Source of the DNA: Promethearchaeota archaeon
GTDB taxonomy: Archaea; Asgardarchaeota; Lokiarchaeia; Sigyniarchaeales; SOKP01
Reading direction: 5' to 3'
Length of the DNA stretch: 32,000 nt
Assembly (NCBI GenBank): GCA_030606485.1
Contig: JAUWGH010000008.1
Coordinates: 150,001-182,000, forward strand
Shown: positions 26,068-32,000 of the stretch, in pieces
Numbering within the stretch: the first letter of the stretch is position 1
How the letters are laid out: each line of letters starts with the position of its first letter
The notes under the pieces: model-generated
What the model was told of the DNA's origin: nothing
The model's database searches: none
The model's input: the letters and a program-made list of their open reading frames with translations, nothing else
Made by a program: the position numbers and the translations under genes

Positions 26068-27762
26068 TTATATTAATTGCTTTCCTAGAAATTTATTCAT
26101 GTCCATTTCTAAAGCTGCGACAGGAAATTCTAAATTAAAATTTAGAATTACTTCAGGGTTAATTTCCCCAATTATACCAATGGATTCACTATTATATGAT
26201 ATCTTTCCGACTCTTCCTTCAATATAAGTTGGACTAGTTGTTGGCATGACTTTGATTTTTTCATTAATTCCAAGTGAAATGGTTAAATGATCTAATAAAC
26301 TCCTAATCTCTGTGAAATTGGAGTTCTCATGGTATGTAACAGCCGCCAGATGTAAATCTTGTCTTGCACCAGTTTCTGTAGATAAATCAAGTTCAATTAT
26401 TTCTCCAACTTCAAATATTTTAATTGGTTTTTCCTCAGATCTATTATAGAGTAAATTTTCCATAAGTCCAGGAAGTAATTGTGTTCGAGTAGTATCAAGT
26501 TCTTTTGATTTTGGGTTTAAAATTTGTATAAGGTCTTTTAAGACATATTCTCTTTTCATAAAATTATAATGTCTTTCAGAATTTGTGAGCAGAAAATTTA
26601 TAACTTCTAAATATTGTGCTCCAATCATTATTTTTCTAATCAAATTGCATAGTTCTTGAAATGGATGAAACTCACCAATACAACCTTCTCGAATAGTTGT
26701 TGGTAGATTGAAATAACCATACCCTATAGCACACTCCTCTACAAAATCTACAGCATGCATAATATCCACTCTGTATGCTGGAACCCAGATGTCAACCATA
26801 CCCTTTTCTTTCGAAGGTTTAGCATTAAATCGTACTTTTTGAAAACATTTAATCATTTCTGTTTCACTTAGATTAACTCCTACATAATCATTAATGTATT
26901 TTTTTGATACTGTCCACTTCATTAAATTTAAATCGGGTGTTGTAATTTGCCTTCTATCTTCATTATAATTTACTTTAACACTTTCTATTTTTGCGCCCAT
27001 TTCTGCTAAAGTTGTAGAAAGAATGTTTAAAGTATAATTTATAGCTCTAAAATCAGTTCCCGTTATATCAATAAATAAATTTTTTGTATCATCAGTTACC
27101 ATTGTAAGAATCCCATTAATTATCGGAGGAAAAGAAATAACTTCTTTATTTTTATCGAATATTATCGGAAATACTTCTTTACCTTCCAAGATATGTGCAT
27201 ATTTGATTCCTTTTGGATGCTCCTTTAAAATTTCAGCTAGAGTTAATTCAAACCGTTCTAATTGTAATGCACGAAATTTACAACTATCGGGTTTGACTGC
27301 TGTGTAAAGGTATGGCGGAACAATTTTATCTAAATCGTGCACACCTATTGCAACTTTTTTCCTATCTCTACCAAGTGCCCAATGCAAGTCTTCTTGAATA
27401 TTCATTAAAGTCGCAACTTCATCCTCATCTAAATCAATATTTCTAATGATTCCTCCCACTATATAGGGTCGAACTTTATTAACTATTGGATCTACATTGA
27501 TTTCTAATGATCCTGGATTTACTTTATATGTTGGAGCTCCCAATTCTAATTCATAATACCCCTTTAAAGTTCTGGCGATACCTTCTGGACTGGAAAAATC
27601 AGGTCTGTTTGGACTATATTCTACTTTTATTTTATTTTCTTTCTCATCTATGGATTCTAAATCTAAGCCAATCCATTGAAGATCATACTCAAGATCTTTT
27701 ATATTTAATTTTTTACCGACTAATTTTTCCAATCTTTCTACTTTCAATTCAAGTGTTGGCAT
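26068..27762 (-). CDS. pheT: Phenylalanine-tRNA ligase beta subunit (archaeal/eukaryal type)
   Basis: NRPD, RKKVAIGVHDLD, SFPPIING, PAYRVDIMHAVDFVEE, KIFEVGE. ATG 27762 is preceded by a strong RBS, GGAGGGAT. Confidence 0.95.
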   Translation of the reverse strand: MPTLELKVERLEKLVGKKLNIKDLEYDLQWIGLDLESIDEKENKIKVEYSPNRPDFSSPEGIARTLKGYYELELGAPTYKVNPGSLEINVDPIVNKVRPYIVGGIIRNIDLDEDEVATLMNIQEDLHWALGRDRKKVAIGVHDLDKIVPPYLYTAVKPDSCKFRALQLERFELTLAEILKEHPKGIKYAHILEGKEVFPIIFDKNKEVISFPPIINGILTMVTDDTKNLFIDITGTDFRAINYTLNILSTTLAEMGAKIESVKVNYNEDRRQITTPDLNLMKWTVSKKYINDYVGVNLSETEMIKCFQKVRFNAKPSKEKGMVDIWVPAYRVDIMHAVDFVEECAIGYGYFNLPTTIREGCIGEFHPFQELCNLIRKIMIGAQYLEVINFLLTNSERHYNFMKREYVLKDLIQILNPKSKELDTTRTQLLPGLMENLLYNRSEEKPIKIFEVGEIIELDLSTETGARQDLHLAAVTYHENSNFTEIRSLLDHLTISLGINEKIKVMPTTSPTYIEGRVGKISYNSESIGIIGEINPEVILNFNLEFPVAALEMDMNKFLGKQLI

Positions 27763-27776
27763 TTTGATCCCTCCTT

Positions 27777-29312
27777 TTAATAGGATACCTCCCTTAACCA
27801 TTTTAATGGATTTCTATATAGATCTCTAATATCTTCCCGCCCATATTTTAACATCGCTAATCTTTCTAAACCTAACCCCCATGCCAAAACTCTTGTTGGA
27901 TCTTTAATTCCCCACGGATAAGTGACTTCTGGCCTGAATATACCTGATCCTCCAAGTTCAAGCCATTCACCTAATTTTTCAGAATAAACTGCTATTTCTA
28001 AACTAGGTTCAGTATAAGGGAAGAAACTAGGACGTGTGATTATTTTAGAAAAACCCATTTTTCGATAAAACTCTGTTAATAATCCTCTTAAATCACATAA
28101 AGTTACATTCTCATCAATTACAATTCCTTCAATTTGCATAAATTCAGCAAGATGAGAATGATCTAATCTTTCATTTCTGAAAACCTTATCAATTGAAAAA
28201 ACTTTTACTGGTGGTTTTTCATTTTCTCGATAGAATTGAGCTAATCTTCTACAAGTCGTTGCTGTTGTATGTGTTCTTAGAACCACTTTTTTTGCAATAT
28301 CATAACTCCAATCATATCCCCATCCTATTGAACCACAACCTCCTCCATTTTCATGTGTCGCTTTTACCGCCTCGACTCGCTCTCTTTCAGGCAATTTAGA
28401 TTGTTTAGGATTATTAAGATAAAAAGTATCTTGCATTTCTCTTGCTGGATGATCTTGAGGTTGAAATAATGCATCAAAATTGAAAAAAGCAGATTCAACT
28501 ATAGGTCCTTTTATTTCAGTAAATCCCATTGAAAGAAAGATTTCTCTAATTTCATTGATTATATTTATTAATGGGTGGATCTTTCCTGCATGAATTCTGG
28601 GACCTGAAATCGAAACATTGAAAGGTTTTAAATTAATATGTTTCCATTCTCCAGAAATAAGCATCTCCGAAGTAATCTTACTTACTTCTTTTAATATTTC
28701 AATTTTCCGCACATCTATTTTTTTACCTTCTGGAGTTAAGAAAATTAATCTTTGAGTACTCTTTTCTCGACGGATTAAATTTCTTTTATTTAGAATCTCA
28801 ATTAATTCTACTTCTTCCTTAGATAATTTACTTTTATCATAAAAAGGTTTTTTTTCAAATGTTTTAAGAAAAACTTCCAATTCTGTATTTGGGAAATCAT
28901 CTGCAACCAAAAACACTTTATTTTCACCAGTTGCTTTACTAGTAGCAATCCATTTATTACGTCTTAAGTTTTGAATCGCTCTATAAAAAGGTTTATCAGT
29001 TAATTCCGATTTCTCTTTTAATTTCGCTATAGATATTTCCTTAATTTTATTTTTAACTAAGTAATTTATTAGTTGTCTACTTGGAAGGCCTTTTTTGAGA
29101 TAATTAAGTCCTTCATCGGTTAAATATAGATAATCGAGATATTTCTCTTTAAAACCTCCCAAATTCGCCTTATCTAAGTCATTTACGGCGGACATTAGAA
29201 CAATATAGTCTAAATTGAGATCTTTTGCTAATTCTGATGCATCACATTCTATATTTTTTTCTTGAAGTGTTTTTAAAATTTCTAAGACATTTTGTTTTAA
29301 TTTAATTCCCAA
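27777..29312 (-). CDS. pheS: Phenylalanine-tRNA ligase alpha subunit (archaeal type with N-terminal wHTH domains)
   Basis: GKIHP, FNFDALFQPQDHPAREMQDTFY, LRTHTT, VFRNE, HLAEFMQIEG, FFPYTEPS, GGSGIFRPEV, WGLGLERLAM. Confidence 0.96.
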   Translation of the reverse strand: MGIKLKQNVLEILKTLQEKNIECDASELAKDLNLDYIVLMSAVNDLDKANLGGFKEKYLDYLYLTDEGLNYLKKGLPSRQLINYLVKNKIKEISIAKLKEKSELTDKPFYRAIQNLRRNKWIATSKATGENKVFLVADDFPNTELEVFLKTFEKKPFYDKSKLSKEEVELIEILNKRNLIRREKSTQRLIFLTPEGKKIDVRKIEILKEVSKITSEMLISGEWKHINLKPFNVSISGPRIHAGKIHPLINIINEIREIFLSMGFTEIKGPIVESAFFNFDALFQPQDHPAREMQDTFYLNNPKQSKLPERERVEAVKATHENGGGCGSIGWGYDWSYDIAKKVVLRTHTTATTCRRLAQFYRENEKPPVKVFSIDKVFRNERLDHSHLAEFMQIEGIVIDENVTLCDLRGLLTEFYRKMGFSKIITRPSFFPYTEPSLEIAVYSEKLGEWLELGGSGIFRPEVTYPWGIKDPTRVLAWGLGLERLAMLKYGREDIRDLYRNPLKWLREVSY

Positions 29313-29443
29313 TTACAAAACCTTATTATATTTATTTTTTTTCCTATATTTTTTTTAAATCTTTGATTTATTTAAATCTTTTGGAGAATATCTCTAAAAT
29401 TTTCAACTAAAATGCTCTAAACTTAAATTAGATTATAAAATCA

Positions 29444-29580
29444 CCTCTTTACGTTAAAATTTTTCATTAAAGAAAATTTTAGCTAATAACTTTCATTTTA
29501 AAACTCCCAAGAGAACTTATCAAAACATGTCTCTTGGGTTAAATAAAGAATAAAGAGGCTAGACTAAAAACTACTCCCAT
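29444..29580 (-). promoter_or_regulatory. Possible leader-peptide/hairpin regulatory element upstream of pheS-pheT-pheA
   Basis: uORF 29580-29539 (MGVVFSLASLFFI*) immediately followed by a 9-bp stem CCCAAGAGA/TCTCTTGGG and AGTTTT. CCTCTTTA inside the uORF can pair with TAAAGAGG at 29451-29444. Confidence 0.35.
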
Positions 29581-29697
29581 TTCATCTATTGTTAAATAAT
29601 CGTAACCCTTCTGAGTAATCTTTTTTCAACTATAAATTTCTTAATATTTTAAATCTAGCTTATTTAAAATAACATATAATTTTTAAAATTACTTTTA

Positions 29698-30135
29698 TTA
29701 AAGATTTTTTCTGATATTTGTAGAACTAATTTTTTTACCATTTTTGCCTTTGAGTAATGATATGATTATAAATATTAGAGGTTTGAAACTCTTTTCTTCT
29801 CTAATCTCATTTATTTTAATTGCATTGGGAAGTGTTTCTAAACTAAATACTAATGCTTCATAATCCTCATCTTCAATTGGAGGACCATAAGGATCATTCA
29901 ATTCTATAATTTCAAGACGGCTTAATTCAGTGAACGATTGAACAAAATTTTCAATATTTTGTTTTCTCGTTGAATAATCTTGAATTTCTTCTTTATATTG
30001 CTTCTTTTGATTCATTTTTTCGGTAGTTAAACCAATTACCAGCTTTTCTGAAACTTTAAGTGCAGTATTTATTAAATATTTATGTCCTTCATGTAAATGA
30101 TCGAAACAACCACCCATTCCTACTAGTTTGAACAT
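29698..30135 (-). CDS. coaD: Phosphopantetheine adenylyltransferase (archaeal type)
   Basis: GGCFDHLHEGH (HxGH), IGLTT, DPYGP, LVFSLET, KISST motif. Confidence 0.9.
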   Translation of the reverse strand: MFKLVGMGGCFDHLHEGHKYLINTALKVSEKLVIGLTTEKMNQKKQYKEEIQDYSTRKQNIENFVQSFTELSRLEIIELNDPYGPPIEDEDYEALVFSLETLPNAIKINEIREEKSFKPLIFIIISLLKGKNGKKISSTNIRKNL

Positions 30136-30147
30136 ACTTTTTCAAAA

Positions 30148-30531
30148 CTAAGATTTTTCAGTTTTTAATTTTACTGAGTAAATATCATTGATTTTCATTG
30201 AGCCATCACATTTTGAGCATTTTCCTGCTACTTTAAAAACAAAATCCCCTTCTTTATAATCTTGAACTTTTGTATAATCACAAAGATCACATCGAAGTAC
30301 ACATAGAGTTTGAATTAACGGTTCTTTGGGCCTTTTCTTAACATTTAGAAAAAAAGATGCTATGCACATTATAGAAACACCTATCCAGAATAGATAAGTC
30401 ACCCCCAAGACATTTCCAAGGGCAAGTATTATTACTCCTATAATTACAAGAATAAAAGTTAAAATACTCTTTATAATTGATTTTTTACTTTTTTTCTTGT
30501 TTAAAAAATCTTCATCTTCTTCTTCAATCAA
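30148..30531 (-). CDS. Conserved archaeal two-TM membrane protein with C-terminal zinc ribbon
   Basis: Two hydrophobic helices, then CDLC-x20-CSKC with a YKEGDFVF motif. Confidence 0.75.
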   Translation of the reverse strand: MIEEEDEDFLNKKKSKKSIIKSILTFILVIIGVIILALGNVLGVTYLFWIGVSIMCIASFFLNVKKRPKEPLIQTLCVLRCDLCDYTKVQDYKEGDFVFKVAGKCSKCDGSMKINDIYSVKLKTEKS

Positions 30532-30719
30532 TGAGTTCCACTTATGTTCTAAATAAATTAATCAAAAAATCAAATTTTAACTACTAAATAATAATTAATA
30601 ATGGAAAAAAATAAATCTTTAGATTATTTCTTCTAGAATAAAATGAAATATCAAAGTTTTTATTTTCGTTTTTTTTAAAAAATATAATTCTTAAGAGAAA
30701 TAATAAAGTTTGATTTATT

Positions 30720-31862
30720 ATGATTTACCAGTTTGGCCAAACTCAAGGAACTGATCCGATTTCACTACTATTAAGTATGTTCTTTTATGTTATATTTATT
30801 ATTTTTATGTTTTATGGAACCAAAATTCAGGCGTGGCGTGCCTCAAGGGAAATTGGAGTAGCTTTAGTTGATCTAAAAGCGTGGAATGATGAGGGAAAGA
30901 GTCTTGTGTTAAAAAAGATGCAAAAATATAAAGACGAAAATTTATCTTCTAAAGATTTAAAAGTAAAAATTGAAGATATTATGACGTTTGTAACGATTTC
31001 ACCGACTAATTTGGATCCAGCTGGAATTATACCAAAATTGGACCATTTAATAAATGTTAGAGATGACCGATTCAAAGAGGAAATCAAGATCTTAGCCCCT
31101 AGTGCCGACTCTGTGACCGCTAGTAATCTTGAGAATCTCTTAGAGGCATCAATGGCTTTGGATTTCATTTATCGTCTTATTAGGCATTATTTGATCTTAG
31201 GAAAAAAAAGTAAAAGTATGTTGTTATTGATGCAGATTCAAATGCAATTATCATTAATTATGACAATGGCTAAGTCTTATTTACATGCAACTAGAGCATT
31301 TAAGGAAGGTAGTCCCATCGGGGATGCACTTGGACCATTAGTTGTAGCTAGTTTTATTCGAGATATTTCAAATAGAGATGATGTCGAAGCTATTGAGATA
31401 GCTAAGGATACAATCTATCAACAAGTAGAGTTTGAGGATAGAACAATTTTTTTAGTAAGAGCCAAAGGACCAGGTGGAACTGTCGGAAAACCCGGAGAAG
31501 CCATTAAAATATTAGTAGAAAAGCATAAAAACGAGATATCAAGGATTATTATGATTGATGCTGGTTTAAAATTAGAAGGTGATCGCACAGGTTCGCTTGC
31601 AATAGGTGTTGGTGCGGCTATTGGTGGGATTGGAGTTGAAAAATTTAAAATTGAGGAATCAACTTCTGGCGTGAAAATACCTATTGATGCTGTAATTTGT
31701 AGAGAAAGCTTAGAAGATGCAATAACAACAATGAAACGACCGATTACCCGTTCTGTTCCCAAAATAATTGAAAAAATTAAGCAAGCCATCAGATCAAGGA
31801 CAGAAAAAGGAACAAAAATAATTATTGCGGGAATTGGAAACACAATTGGTATAGGAATTTAA
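30720..31862 (+). CDS. DUF1512 family protein (N-terminal TM; C-terminal YyaC/GPR-peptidase-like domain)
   Basis: TM helix, PTNLDPAGII, PIGDALGPLV, KGPGGTVGKPG, IIMIDAGLKLEG, GVGAAIGGIGVEK, GIGNTIGIG: pattern recalled for archaeal DUF1512. Confidence 0.85.
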   Translation: MIYQFGQTQGTDPISLLLSMFFYVIFIIFMFYGTKIQAWRASREIGVALVDLKAWNDEGKSLVLKKMQKYKDENLSSKDLKVKIEDIMTFVTISPTNLDPAGIIPKLDHLINVRDDRFKEEIKILAPSADSVTASNLENLLEASMALDFIYRLIRHYLILGKKSKSMLLLMQIQMQLSLIMTMAKSYLHATRAFKEGSPIGDALGPLVVASFIRDISNRDDVEAIEIAKDTIYQQVEFEDRTIFLVRAKGPGGTVGKPGEAIKILVEKHKNEISRIIMIDAGLKLEGDRTGSLAIGVGAAIGGIGVEKFKIEESTSGVKIPIDAVICRESLEDAITTMKRPITRSVPKIIEKIKQAIRSRTEKGTKIIIAGIGNTIGIGI

Positions 31863-31897
31863 AGGAAAAAAAAAATAAAATAAGAAAATTTTTAATT

Positions 31898-31999
31898 TTA
31901 ATAGAGATGTGTATCTGTAGCAACAACGCTATTTACCATTTCTTGGGCAGCTTTAGTTGCACGCATTACCTTTGCCATATTACCAACTAGCTTAAATTT
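31898..31999 (-). CDS. C-terminal fragment of an SCP2 sterol/lipid-binding domain protein (5' part outside the window)
   Basis: Own translation: KFKLVGNMAKVMRATKAAQEMVNSVVATDTHLY*, matching the SCP2 'KLKxxGxMxxxM' C-terminal motif. An A-tract (T-tract on the - strand) follows. Confidence 0.65.
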   Translation of the reverse strand, partial: KFKLVGNMAKVMRATKAAQEMVNSVVATDTHLY

Positions 32000-32000
32000 C

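Noticed and set aside
27763-27801. Longer pheT start at 27801 overlapping pheS
   Set aside because: ATG 27762 has a strong GGAGGGAT RBS and gives the typical MPT- N-terminus.
722-31843. Short overlapping or antisense ORFs in the track (e.g. 722-919, 762-1001, 4797-5060, 6672-6854, 9019-9228, 11689-11886, 13166-13357, 15677-15862, 16972-17208, 17822-18043, 18276-18482, 20982-21170, 23772-23984, 27507-27767, 28193-28399, 30827-31168, 31418-31843)
   Set aside because: All lie within well-supported longer genes. They have Phe/Ile/Ser-rich shadow-frame composition and no recognisable motifs.
1-32000. CRISPR array, rRNA, transposase or integrase genes
   Set aside because: No regularly spaced repeats, no rRNA-like segment and no DDE/HUH/tyrosine recombinase motifs were found.

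Overview
Low-GC (roughly 25-30%, estimated by eye), gene-dense archaeal chromosomal segment, very probably from an Asgard archaeon (Lokiarchaeia/Promethearchaeota-like). This is inferred from archaeal-type PheRS alpha/beta, archaeal PPAT, DUF1512, IPGY-type C-terminal sorting tails, small-GTPase-like and UBC/RING-like proteins, and GGTGA/GGAGG ribosome-binding sites. Gene order: two convergent large surface proteins; a repeat+Zn-ribbon protein, a stand-alone 7TM protein and a degenerate Rab-like GTPase fused to a Zn ribbon; radical SAM-guaB-purH; a small winged-helix protein; a 905-aa HEAT + tandem winged-helix protein; a NagD-like HAD; a 561-aa protein with four Cys-less UBC/RWD-like domains and a C4HC3 RING (FANCL-like architecture); rfbACBD (dTDP-rhamnose); a 1.4-kb cassette with a polysaccharide-deacetylase-like gene flanked by 11-bp direct repeats, next to a truncated rfbA copy; bacterial-type RNase PH; pheS-pheT-pheA with a possible Phe-leader-peptide/hairpin attenuator; coaD; a Zn-ribbon membrane protein; DUF1512; and a partial SCP2-domain gene. 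No rRNA, tRNA, CRISPR array, transposase or integrase was recognised. All family assignments come from motif recognition by eye, not database searches.
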